Shown here: positions 12,521-24,995 of the stretch, one piece after another
Position numbering within the stretch: position 1 is the stretch's first letter
How the letters are laid out: each line of letters starts with the position of its first letter
Assembly (NCBI RefSeq): GCF_001194135.2
Contig: NC_068993.1
Coordinates: 17,761,668-17,825,667, forward strand
Source of the DNA: Octopus bimaculoides
Taxonomy: Eukaryota
DNA: 64,000 nt
Direction of reading: 5' to 3'
The notes under the pieces: generated by a model
Told to the model about the DNA's origin: nothing
What the model saw: the letters and a program-made list of their open reading frames with translations, nothing else
The model's database searches: none
Made by a program: the position numbers and the translations under genes

Positions 12521-14785
12521 TGGGGTTCTATTAAATTTTTGTCTGTCAAATGCACTCACGAGACATTGGTTGGTCAATGGCTATAGTAAAAGACACTTGC
12601 TCAAGGTGCTGTGCAGTGGAACTGAACCTGAAACCACACAGTTGCAAAGCAAGCTTCTTAACCACTCAGCCATGCCTTAATTTTTTTAATATTTTTTTTT
12701 AATTCAAAGGAAATGCAGTGTCTTTGGTTCTTTACAGGATCTCTGAGTGAAATAGGTAGGGAGGGAGGGAGGAAGGAAAATATCCTCAACCCAAAGCCCT
12801 GAGTCATCATAGGGATAACTCAGCTAAGAAGTACCCAGGATATCAGATGGTGATGGTAAACCAGGTGATGAGTCAAGTATGCCATCCAAGTAGTCCATGT
12901 TAGAATTTGAACTTGGAATGTAAAAATCCCTGGAAAGTACCACATGTTTTAGAGTTTTGCCATGTTTTTCTTTTTTTTTTTTCATTGGGCTTAAAATGAT
13001 GAATGACAAGTTTGACTTAGGCAGGATTTGAACTTACAGCACAGAGACTCAGAACAATTACTACAAGGCATATCTGTATGCTCTAGCAACACTGAAAAAT
13101 TACTGCTTATTAACTGTAATTAAAGTTTTTATTGAAACGCATTACACCACCACTTTCACAGTTCTAATGTAAAATGGTCTTTGAGTCACTGATGAGCTTT
13201 GGAGTGCTTGGTGTTGTAGTCTTCATATTCAACCTCCTCTCCTTCCTTCACGTCCTCCTCCTCCTCATCATCATCATCTAACATCCACTTTTCCATGCTT
13301 GCTTGGGTCAGATGGAATTTGTTGAGGCAGACTTTCTACAGTTGGATGCTCTTTCCTGTCACCAACCCTCCCCCATTTCCGAGTAAGTTAATATTTTCCT
13401 ATGGTTGCCAAATATGCTTTCTGTGGAAGAATGGAAACAAACAACATCGTTTAAATGAAGATGATGATGGTAATGTTCATTTAAAACCATCACATGCTAT
13501 CAAGACAAAGATACACACTTATCTACGCACGTGCCCGCATGATGTGCTTCTTTCAGTTTCCATTTACCAAATATACTCACAAGGCTTTGGTTGGCCATGG
13601 GACTATAGTAGAAGACACTTTCCAAAGGTACTGTGCAATGGGACTGAACTTAGGTAAACATATGCTATCTATACTTCCAGTGTACATTATTTCAAGCGTA
13701 GTCTGGATTTTGTTTGTCTGGCAAAATTTTTTTTTTCCTACTCAGTTGCATTGATGTCACCTCAAAAGGCTAAGTTGACCTTGGAAGGATTTGAACATAG
13801 ATTTGTTATATACTAATACCTGAATTACACATTGAGTGTATGCAGACTGTCAATTTTATATAGTTCAAGCCTTTTAAATTTAGTCATATTTGTTGTTGCT
13901 GTTGTTGTTGTTGTTCTGGTTTGTTCTGTCAATAGATGTCTGGCTGTATTGATTGTCTCGATATGAAACACAGCTCTAGGCAATTTTAAGTGATTAAGTC
14001 CAATTATGCATTTCTAAGATTCTTGGAAACTAAATATAATTTTTGAATTTGTGATGTTTACATTTTTCTTCTTTTTTTGTTTTTCAAACTCTTTACAATA
14101 TTGTGTCACACCCACCACTCCCTTATTAGTCAGATCTTTAATTAAAATTAGTATTTCTACCCTCACATGAAACAAATTCATGGTTATTTTTATTTTTGTA
14201 GAGTTAAAATTTGTATTGGTCAAGTTCTTCAGTGTCAGCAGAATAATTTAAAAAAAAAACAACAAAAAACTGATGTATTTTACATTGTTCTAAGGAGAAG
14301 AAATATTTAATGTGTCTAACCCTTTTCATACCAACCCACCTGAAACCAATCCTGGTTCTGTGACAAGCTGTTTTAAAGTGATTTAAATTACAATTTTCCA
14401 TCAAAATTTTATGCTAATTGGTTCCAGACACCATCTTAATAATGAGAGAATTATTTTACTAAATTCGTCATCATTTTAAAAATTAATTGAAATAAAGGTA
14501 ATATATGTCAACAGAAATATGGTAACAAAAGGATTAATGGGTCTTCATCATTTAAAAGTAGTGCCCCAGTATGACAACAATCCAGTGTCTGAAATCAGTG
14601 AATTAATTAAGCAATTATTGCAGAGCCCTGCCTAAAGTGATAAATATTCAATCATCTTCATAGCAAACTAACTCATGGCTCATGTTTTAAAATTTATTGC
14701 ATTAACTTTGTTCATGCAGACTACCACTAGCCTCCTCTTATTTGAATGACAGTCCAACAAGGGAGCCTCTACATGGTTGTTTGAA

Positions 14786-15244
14786 CTCTTTTACTCTTTT
14801 ACTTGTTTCAGTCATTTGACTATGGCCATGCTGGAGCACCGCCTTTAGTCGAGAAATTCAACCCCAGGACTTATTCTTTGGAAGCCTAGTACTTATTCTA
14901 TCGGTCTCTTTTGCTGAACCGCTAAGTTACGGGGACGTAAACACACCAGCATCGGTTGTCAAGCGATGTTGGGGGGACAAACACAGACACACAAACATAT
15001 ACACACACACATATATATATATATACATATATACGACGGGCTTCTTTCAGTTTTCCGTCTACCAAATCCACTCACAAGGCTTTGGTCAGCCCGAGGCTAT
15101 AGTAGAAGACACTTGCCGAAGGTGCCACGCAGTGAGAATGAACCCAGAACCATGTGGCTGGTAAGCAAGCTACTTACCACACAGTCACACAGCTACTTAC
15201 CACACAGCCACACAGCTACTTACCACACAGCCACTCCTGCGCCT
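14786..15244 (-). mobile_element. tRNA-headed SINE family A, young full-length copy with triplicated 23-bp head segment
   Basis: Reverse complement of the family consensus (A/B-box head, CORE-like middle, internal (TA)/(CA) tract, AAAAGAGT tail); CpG-rich. Confidence 0.85.
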
Positions 15245-15305
15245 GAACTGTTAGAAATAACAGCCAAGTTCCCCCAAATACCACTTTAAAGCAGGGAAGG
15301 GTACA

Positions 15306-15537
15306 TTAACCTTTTTGGTACCAACCCACCCAGCAACTGTCCCTGTTTCCATGATACAAACTTCCTGTTTTAAAGTAATCTAAAGTAAAACCTCCATCAA
15401 AATTTCATGTCAATTCATATTCCAAACACTGGCTTAATATCGACAAAATTATTTTGCTAAATTCTTCATTATTTTCAAAATTAATTGAGACAGCGCCAGT
15501 GTATTTCAACAGAAATACGGTAACAAAAGTATTGAAC
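15306..15537. mobile_element. Family G TTAA MITE copy between an inverted SINE pair
   Basis: TTAACCTTTTTGGTACC ... GGTAACAAAAGTATTGAA; internal similarity to 14317-14535. Confidence 0.65.
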
Positions 15538-15547
15538 ATTATCCCAT

Positions 15548-15957
15548 AGGCACGGGAGTGGCTGTGTGGTAAGTAGCTTGCTTACCAACCACATGGTTCT
15601 GGGTTCAGTCTCACTGCGTGGCACCTTGGGCAAGTGTCTTCTACTATAGCCTCGGGCCAACCAAAGCCTTGTGAGTGGATTTGGTAGACGGAAACTGAAA
15701 GAAGCCCGTCGTATATATATATATATATATGTATATGTATGTGTGTGTATATGTTTGTGTGTCTGTGTTTGTCCCCCCAACATCGCTTGACAACCGATGC
15801 TGGTGTGTTTACGTCCCCGTAACTTAGCGGTTCGGCAAAAGAGACCGATAGAATAAGTACTAGGCTTCCAAAGAATAAGTCCTGAGGTCGATTTGCTCGA
15901 CTAAAGGCGGTGCTCCAGCATGGCTGCAGTCAAATGACTGAAACAAGTAAAAGAGAG
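15548..15957 (+). mobile_element. SINE family A, young full-length copy
   Basis: GGAGTGGCTGTGTGGTAAG A-box-like and GGTTCAGTCTC B-box-like head; near-identical to 14786-15244 in inverted orientation. Confidence 0.85.
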
Positions 15958-17124
15958 TCCTAAATATAAATGAAGAACGGATGGTCACAGTTGGCATGCA
16001 TTTGATCAATAGGCCTACCCAAAGAGACTGACCTGGGACAACAACAACTTAAATTTAGTGAGTTAATGTGATAAACCTTTTAGCTGCTTTACTTATGGGT
16101 CAAGAGTTCAAATCCAAAAGTTGATAATGTCTTTAGACAAAGTATGGTGTTCTGTTTTATCTATTGAGCTATATATATTAGATATTAGATATTAGATATT
16201 TTGTATACAATATACATTACAGAGCAGACAGACTAAGCAGTGATGTATATAAATGTGAACTTGTTGCTAGTTCAAATATGCTTGGGGCATATTTGAAACC
16301 CTAAGAAAGCTATTCACTGTATTTTGTCATGGAGAAAGTACTTTGAATGGCTTCTATTTGGGTCTGAATATTCTCCAAGTACATTTGAACTGGTAACAAG
16401 TTTGTAATGATATGTATTATATACAGTATATATTATACATTTTGTATATAATGTATATAATATTGTACTATAGCAAAAAAGATGAAGTTGATTAAGTGAC
16501 AACTTATCAGCTTGCATGTATTTTCCAACTTATAAAAAGCCTGTAGCCAATGAAAGTGCTCCATTCATCTAACTTTCTTCAGCTGAGTCTCTGACTTGCA
16601 AGCTAACTATCTGTCTCATTGGCCACACAAAGCTAGAATTGGTCCTGCAGTTACACACACACACACACACACGTGCACACACACACACACACACACACTA
16701 TACTGTATCTGAAGAAAGATCAGTTATTCCATTTGTGTTAAGTTGTTCACCAACAAATTCCAGTCTCTGACCTGCAGATGTGCTGCTGTGTCACCTCTTT
16801 AGCCTTTTCTGCTGTTACTACCAGGAAACCAGCTGGTCTTGTGATGTCGTGTCCTCGGACACTCCTGACTTACATACCTCTCCTCCTTTCATTCCCAAAA
16901 TTGTGTCCACTACCACCAACCCACAGTCACTACACCCACTCCTATCCCTCAAAATGTTCCCACATCCTTGGAATTCCTTCCTTGCACATTTTTCATGCAG
17001 CCCTTGAGTTGCAACTATTCAAGAACATGAACCATATCAATATCACTGGTCTTGGGGGCTCTGTGAATGCCATGAGCCTAATCCCTTCTTCCAAACTGAT
17101 CAGAAAAAAAAAAGAAAACATATA

Positions 17125-17460
17125 TAGGTGTAGGTGTAGTTGTGTGGTAAGAAGTTCAGTCCCACTGTGTGGCACCTTGGGCAAATGTCTTCTACTGTAG
17201 CCTTAGGCGGACCAAAGCCTTGTGAGTGGATTTGGTAAATGAAAGCTGAAAGAAGCATGTTGTATGTGTGTGTTTGTTTGTACTCCACTATTGCTTGACA
17301 AATGGTGTAGGTGTGTTTATGTCCCAGTAACTTAGCAGTTCAGAAAAAGAGACTGTCAGAATAAGTACTAGGCTTTAAGGGGTAAAAAATAAATAAATAA
17401 GTACTGGGGTCGTGTTCCAACATTGCCGCAGTCTAATGACTGAAACAAGTAAAAAATAAA
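17125..17460 (+). mobile_element. SINE family A copy
   Basis: Similarity to family A. Confidence 0.75.
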
Positions 17461-17740
17461 ACATATATATTCATCATTATCATTTTAACATTCACTTTTC
17501 CATGCTTGCTGGATGTTCTTCCTGTAGCCAATCCTCACCTATTTCCCATAGCTGGATACAGGAAAATATTATTTTTCATGGGAGATTGGAAATGAATGAC
17601 ACCTTGTGTGATGGTGATGTTCATTTACAGCTATTGTGTAATATAGACAAGGCAACATTCATACACACTCTCACACCCATACATATATACACATAATTAT
17701 ATACATGTACATGCATACATTATATATATAAATATATATC

Positions 17741-19014
17741 TTGGGTCATCCCATAAATAATGTGTTTTTTTTACACTTCTTTCATTTTTCAAAATTAAGA
17801 TAAACAAAGTTCTTTTTTAATCTAAAATATACTCTCCTTCATTTTCTACAATGCTCTTCCATCTATCTGGTAGATTTGCAAGGCCCCTCTTCCAAAGTTC
17901 ACTTGTTAGTGATGAAAAATTCTCCTCCAGTACTGTTCTGACCTCGTCTACAGAATTCATATTTTTTCTGTCCAAATGATTTTGAAGACTGTGGAATAAA
18001 TGATAATCAGATGGGGCAATGCCCGGTGCTTATATGGTGGGTGAGGCATTATTTCCCATTCAAACTGCTCCAGTCTTTGGATTGTCATCCTTGTTGTATG
18101 TGGCTGAAAAATTATCCTGATGGAAGAACACCTTTCATCTGGAAACCAAAGATGGTCGTTTTTCTTCCAGCATTGACTTAAGCCGCTTAAGCTGCTCGCA
18201 GTAGATCTCCTTTGTTTTTGTTTGGTTTGGGTTTAAAAGTTCAAAGTGGACTAAACCTTTCATATCTCATCAAACAGATAACAACACCTGACGTAGGGGA
18301 AGACCTTTAGTCTGGGGTGCCAGTGTTTCACCTTTCCCTACCCACTGTCATCAGTGCTTGACATTTTTATAGAGAACCCATTTCTCATCACCAGCCACTA
18401 TTTGGTCCAAAAAAGGTTCATTTGTGAGACATGACAGCAAAGAAAAGCACACATTCACTCTCTGCATGTGATTAAACTCGGAAAGTTTGTGAGGAACCTA
18501 TCGACCCAATTTGCTGACTTTTCCGGTGGCATGCAAGAGTCGATATATAGTTGAATGACCAAATTCAAGCTTCTCTGCTAGTTCCTCAACAGTTACAGTT
18601 GAATTTTGTTCCACCAGGGTTTGCAAGATATTCTCATTGAGCTCTACAGATCTTCCAGGATGAAGCTTGTCTTCTAGGCTGTAGTTTCTGGCTCGGAATT
18701 TCTGGAACCAACTTTGACACTAGCTTATTCTTATTGTCTGATCCCCATATACAGCATTAATATTCCTCGCACTTTCCATTGCGTTGTTGCCTTTATTGAA
18801 CTCATAAAGCAGAATATGCTGAATATGCTCCTTCGTTACTTGAAAAGATAACTGTTAAAATTGAACTGCACTCTTCAAAACTTGCACTAAGAATAAGAAC
18901 AAGGTAAAATACTACCTGCTTTTATAGCCAGTTGTTGCAGGTAGTTTATTTCATCTTCCTCCAACTTTTAGTTCATGCAATTGAAAAAACTGCATTATTT
19001 ATGAGATGACCCGA
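17741..19014 (-). mobile_element. Full-length pseudogenised mariner (DD34D)
   Basis: TIRs at both ends. Minus strand reads HILLYEFNKG...*VPHKL...GDEKW...HQDN...HPPYS.GIAPSDYHLF...GEYILD* with stops and frameshifts; 34 residues between the 2nd and 3rd Asp after correcting frameshifts. Confidence 0.9.
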
Positions 19015-19234
19015 TATATATGTTTTCTGAAGAAAATAAGAATTAAAAAATACTGGTAGATATCAATAAAGCACTCAGTATTCAAAGAATTTAGTTACAA
19101 ATGTTCAGCAATTAGACACCAGTAAATGTAAGTAAAAAACAGATCCTCATGATATTTTCCATATATATACATGTGTGTGTGTGTGTGTGTGTGCATATAT
19201 ATACATATATAATGGACAATTTGACAAAAACATA

Positions 19235-19640
19235 ACAAACGGAAAATTTGACAAACACAAAATACATGGAAAATTTGTAGCTAATTCCTTGTTAGTTCAC
19301 ATCCAAGAGATCTTAGTAGTTTTGTGCCATTATTGTTGAGACTACTCCTTCATTTGAGAAGCCAGTACAAAAAAAAAAAAAGCCACTGGGAATAGCTAAT
19401 GAACATGTAGGGCAATGACAAATCAAACAAGACAAAATTATTTTAGTTTGCCTTGTTTGTTTTGTCATTGTCCTAAACATTTGTTAGCTATTCCTAATGA
19501 TTTTTTTTTTTGCACTGGCACCTCCAATGAAGGAGTAGTCTCAATGATAATGGCATGAAACTACTAAGATCTCTTGAATGTTGACTGACAAATTAGCTTT
19601 GAATTTTCTGTGTTTTGTTTTTCTCAAATTTTCCAGTTGT
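19235..19640. mobile_element. About 400-bp foldback (near-palindromic) element, TA-flanked
   Basis: Arms of about 200 bp are reverse complements (roughly 80% identical by eye) with a very short loop near 19440. Confidence 0.75.
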
Positions 19641-21579
19641 TAAAGGACAGTTGATAGTAAACAAAATGGCTGCTGTTTAGATTTGAGCCTGAGTTGCAAA
19701 CATGGTTTACAAAATGGGCTACAGTATTCACTACATGCACTTCATCTGTCATAGTTTCATTCACATCTAGGTTGCATAGTAAAAATATAAATTGATCCCC
19801 GAAGTTAACTGGATCTTCATTTTATCCATTCCTGAAGGATGAGAGGAAAACTGACCTAACATCTGCAGAATTTGAATTCAGGAAGTAAATAGTTGCCTTG
19901 CATTTGTTGTAGTACACAGTATAAAGTGATTGGAGTTTAATAGGGAAACTGCATTAGATTCCTATTAAAATTTTCAACTGATTTCATAGAAACTACAGAT
20001 TCTAAACAAGCTTGTCTCTGTGCTGATGGTGATTTCCACTTAGTAATAAAAGTTACCTTATGAAATACCTGTATTAAAAATATCTTATAATGACAGAATT
20101 TACAGATTTAAGAGACAGAAGAAAAACATAAGCAGACTTAGAATTAATTCAATACTTTTGACAGATTCAAATTCCTTCAGACACTTTCTAAAGAATCATG
20201 TCGCCTCAAGCTATGGAGTGACAAGCTCAGAACAATTTCACTGATGTCTAACATACAAAGAATCCAGTCGATGGAATAACTACCATATAGTAGAACAACA
20301 ACGCATTTAGTTCATGCCAGTATGGAAGCAATAGAGATATCTTAACTATCTCCATACTGAATTTAGCTTGTTACTTTAGAGTTGCTCAGCCTTAAAGGTT
20401 GTGGAGGCATGTGGCCTAGTTGTTAGATTGTGGTTTCAATTCCTGAACCGGGTGATGGATTGTGTTTTTGAGCAAAACACTTTCGCATTGCTCCAGTCTA
20501 CCCAAGTGGCAAAACTGAGTAATCCTGTGATGGACTAGTGTCCCATTTACGGGGTAAATATATATATATATATGCCATGGAAGCTGGGAAACTAGCCCTT
20601 ATGAATTTATAGGGCTTGAGAAGGATGTAGTCAAGGTAACAAAGTAGGGAATATATTGTTGATTTATTCTAAGGGTAGTATAGGGGAACAGACTATGGAG
20701 AATTTGATGAAACATTCATTGTTGCCTCACCCTTACAATATTAGTGGCTTTGGTCATGAATAACCATGGGATTGCACCAAGAAAGTTCCCCTCCGAGGCA
20801 CAAGTCCAGGCAAGGTTTTTTATGAAAGACCAGTAGTCGTCCATGCATACCAACCTCCCCTTATCACACCAACGATGTTATCCGAGGGAAAGGCAAAGGC
20901 CACTACAGCTTGGCACCAGTGACGTCACAACTCATTTCTACAGCTGAGTGAACTTAAGGAACATGAAATAAAGTTTCTTGCCCAAGAACATAACACGCAG
21001 CCTGGTCCGGGAATCAAACTCACTACCTCAGTTTTATGTGTTCTGAATTAAAATCTTCCATCTGAATGTAGTGTTAATTTATGTTCCAAAGGTTAATTAA
21101 TAATGTTAACAAAGTAGCCTTGATAAAGTAAAAGGAAACTGTCAGAGGTGATCTGGTTGTCAAACATCTAGCATTTAATACTTTCGTAACTATGTCTCTG
21201 TTGAAATACGTTGCCAATGTATTTAAATTACATTTGAAAATAATCAAGAATTTGCAGGGACTTAGTAAAATAACTACTAGCTTTCATGTCGCTAAGCAAA
21301 ACCTTAAAAAATTCTTAACTATTTTGTTACCATATTTTTGTTGAGGTACTCTGTCTTTACTTCAAATAATTTTGAAAATAATGAAAAATTTAGTGAAATA
21401 ACTTTGTCATTATTATTGGTTTTTGGAACATAAATCAACACTAAATTCTGATGGAAGATTTTAATTCAGAACTCTTGAAAATGAAATGTTTGTAACACAG
21501 ATCTAGCGGTGGTCTGAGGTAGATTGGTATCAAAAGGGTCAAATAAATAATAATAGAAGGTTTAACATATTCTATTCTT

Positions 21580-21966
21580 TTATTCTTTTACACGTTTCAG
21601 TCATTTGACTGCAGCCTAGGGTTTTAATTGAAAAAACTCAACCCCAGAACTTATTCTTTATAAGCCTTGTGCTTATTCAATCAGTCTCTGCTAAGTTTCA
21701 GGAACATAAACACACCAACATAGGTTGTCAAGCAATGGTGGGGAGAACAAACACAGACACAAAGACAGACATACATGCATACATACATACATACATACAT
21801 ACACACATACATGGTGTACTTCTTTCAGTTTCCATCTACCAAATCCACTCATAAGACTTTGGTTGGCCTGAGGCTATAGTAGAAGATACTTGCCTAAGGT
21901 GCCACACAGTTGGACTGAACCCAGAACCATGATGGCTGGAAAGCAAGCTTCTTACCACACAGCCAC
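21580..21966 (-). mobile_element. SINE family A copy
   Basis: Similarity to family A; internal (ATAC)n. Confidence 0.75.
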
Positions 21967-22336
21967 AACAAGGTGTTTTGTGGATATTCTCCAGCAGGTT
22001 GATATCAAAAGGATTATCTCCTTTGACACCAGGCTGCATGAAACCACTCCCGGTTCTCATGATAGAAATTTCTTGTTTTAAGGTGATCTAAATTAAAAGC
22101 TTTCATTAAAATTTCATGCTTATTTATTTTCAGAAACAACCAGCTTAATAACAACAATGTTATTTTACTAAATTCTTCATTATTTTTAGAATTAACGAAA
22201 ACAAAAGCAGTGTATTTCAACAGAAATATGGTAACAAAAGTGTTAAATGGTAATCTGCTGAAACAAACATTAATCCTTTAGCATTCAGATTACTCTGTCA
22301 AATGTAATGCTATTTTTTCTTATATTGTTATAAATT

Positions 22337-22722
22337 GTGGAGGCGCAATGGCCCAGTGGTTAGGGCAGCGGACTCGCGGTCATAGGATCGCGGTTTCGAT
22401 TCCCAGACCAGGCGTTGTGAGTGTTTTTTGAGCGAAAACACCTAAAACTCCATGAGGCTCCAGCAGGGGATGGTGGCGAACCCTGCTGTACTCTTCCAAC
22501 ACAACTTTCTCTCACTCTTTCTTCCTGTTTCTGTTGTACCTGTATTTCAAAGGGCCAGCTTTGTCACACTGTCATGCTGAATATCCCCGAGAACTACGTT
22601 AAGGGTACACGTGTCTGTGGAGTGCTCAGCCACATGCACGTTAATTTCACAAGCAGGCTGTTCCGTTGATCGGATCAACTGGAACCCTTGACGTCGTAAG
22701 CGACAGAGTGCCAACAACAACA
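22337..22722 (+). mobile_element. Very young tRNA-headed SINE (family B) with 11-bp TSD
   Basis: A box TGGCCCAGTGG, B-box-like GGTTTCGATTCCC, (CAA)n tail, TSD TGTTATAAATT at 22326-22336 and 22723-22733, many CpGs. Confidence 0.9.
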
Positions 22723-23006
22723 TGTTATAAATTAGTTACATATTATGTTGTAGCTTCATGAGTTCAATGGTGTTGTTACTCTTTTGCTTGTTTACTTGTT
22801 TCAGTCATTTGACTGTGTCCATGCTGGAGCACCATCTTGAAGGGTTTTAAGTCGAACAAATTGACCCCAGGACTTATTTATGAAGCCTAGTACTTATTCT
22901 ATCTTTTGCCAAACCACTAAGTTATGGGGACGTAAACACGCCAACACCGATTGTCAAGTGGTGATGGTGGAGGGGAACACAAATACAGACACAAAGACAC
23001 ACACAC

Positions 23007-23043
<37 letters not shown>

Positions 23044-23429
23044 TGAAGAAATGCATAGTAAATGCTCAAACGGAAAGTAATCTGGTTGATAACTGATGAA
23101 GAATTAGGGACCTTCTGTATCTGTTTTCTTTCCATTTGTGTACTCAATATACATTTTTCCGTTCATCTGTGCATTCATTATATGTTTTTTACTTTTCGTT
23201 TGTGCATTTACTATACATTTGTTCACTTATTAAGTAATGGAATGCAATGCACCCTGGTTTTATTAGCAATAAGTTAAATATATATGTGTGTGTGTATGAC
23301 AGGCTTCTTTCAGTTTCCATCTACCATATCCACTCGCGGGGCTTTGGTTGGACTGAGGCTATAAGTAGAAGACACTCACCCTAGGTGCCATGCAGTGGGA
23401 CTGAACCAGGAACCATGTGGTTTGAGAAG

Positions 23430-23638
23430 CAAGCTTCTTATTTCTTTATTGCCCACAAGGGGCTAAACATAGAGGGGACAAACAAAGAGATTAAGTGCGT
23501 AACTGGTACTTAATTTATCGACCCCGAAAGGATGAAAGGCAAAGTCGACCTCGGCGGAATTTGAACTCAGAACGTAGCGGCAGACGAAACACCGCTAAAC
23601 ATTTTGCCCGGCATGCTAACGTTTCTGCCAGTTCACCA
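23430..23638 (-). mobile_element. SINE family D inserted into a family A SINE
   Basis: TSD CAAGCTTCTTA on both sides. Confidence 0.8.
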
Positions 23639-24354
23639 AGCTTCTTATCACATAGCTATGACTGCACCTGTGTATTTTTAGAATGCCATGTAGTGTAAAT
23701 GTGAGAGGTTGAATCTGGTCAGTTTCAATGTAAAATGGGTTTTTTGTCAGATATGGCCAGTTTAAATGCTAAAGGGTTATGCTACCACTACCATGACCAC
23801 TACCATCGAAGGTGACACTCCACTATAATATCACCATTGACATCCCTACTATAGCTACTATTATTACTATTTGGTTACTGGAAACTGAAAGAAGTCTACC
23901 ATGTGTGCATGTGTCATTGGCATTTGGTGATAGTTGTAAATGAATATCATCATACAAAGGCTTCCACCCCTCTACAAAAGTCATTCTGTCCACCAATACC
24001 ATCCAAGAACAGCACAAAGCAGTAAGATGGCTTTTAGGTGGTCACTCAATCTGCATGAAATAGCAGCCAAGTCTCCATGGAATCGTGTCCTACTGTCTTA
24101 AATAAATAAACAATACTTTAGATGCATTAGATACCTCTAGAAAAACAAAATAATCATGGTTTGAATTTTTGATTGCAGATCTGCTTGGTCAGGGGCTGAC
24201 CTGGAGCTAAAAGATAACAACAACTAGTCTCTACATATTGCCCCTACTGTAGCTGTTATCTCTATCTTTGTTAGCATCATGACCAACAACCTCTTACCCA
24301 CTAAAATATATAAAAAATGTCCCCAATATCAGTTGCATTTGCCAATTTTTCAAT

Positions 24355-24925
24355 GCTCTAATTTAGTTATAACTCCATATATTGATGGCCCCCATGTATT
24401 GTTACTCCATATATTGATGACCCCATATATTGTTACTCTATATATTGATGACCCACATGTATTGTTAACTCCATATGTTGATGACCCCATATTGATATTA
24501 ATGTATTGATGACCCCTATGTATTGTTAATTCCATATATTGGTGACCCCATATTGGTGCCCTAATGTAGTGATGACCCCATATATTGTTACTCTCTATAT
24601 TGATGACCCCATATTGGTGACCCACATGTATTGTTAACTCTGCATATTAATAATCCCATATTGATACTCTAATGTATTGGTGACCCCATATTGATGACCC
24701 CATATTGATATTAATGTATTGATGACCCCTGTGTATTGTTAACTCCATATATATTAATGCCCTAATGTAAGGATGATCCCTATGTGTTGTTAACTCCATA
24801 TCTTGATGACCCCATATTGATGCCCTAAACTATTGATGACCCTGTATTAATGCCTTAATGTCAGGATGACCCCCATGTATTGATGACTTTATGTATTGAT
24901 GCCCCCATGTTTTGACCCCCATGCA
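24355..24925. repeat. Degenerate minisatellite of TGATGACCCCATAT(A)TT-based units (about 14- and 31-bp periodicities)
   Basis: About 19 GATGACCCC-like cores; ends about 70 bp before the exon acceptor at 24995. Confidence 0.85.
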
Positions 24926-24995
24926 TTGCATTCTAACTTTGCTCTCTTTGTCTGATGATTTTTAAAGATTCTATTTCCCTTTTCCTGTTTTGCAG

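Noticed and set aside
22337-22415. tRNA gene (and other tRNA-like heads)
   Set aside because: A and B boxes are present, but there is no acceptor stem and the head runs into a SINE body with TSD.
24279-24935. CRISPR-like array or coding repeat
   Set aside because: Degenerate tandem units without unique spacers, eukaryotic context, no cas genes; the ORFs are repeat translations.
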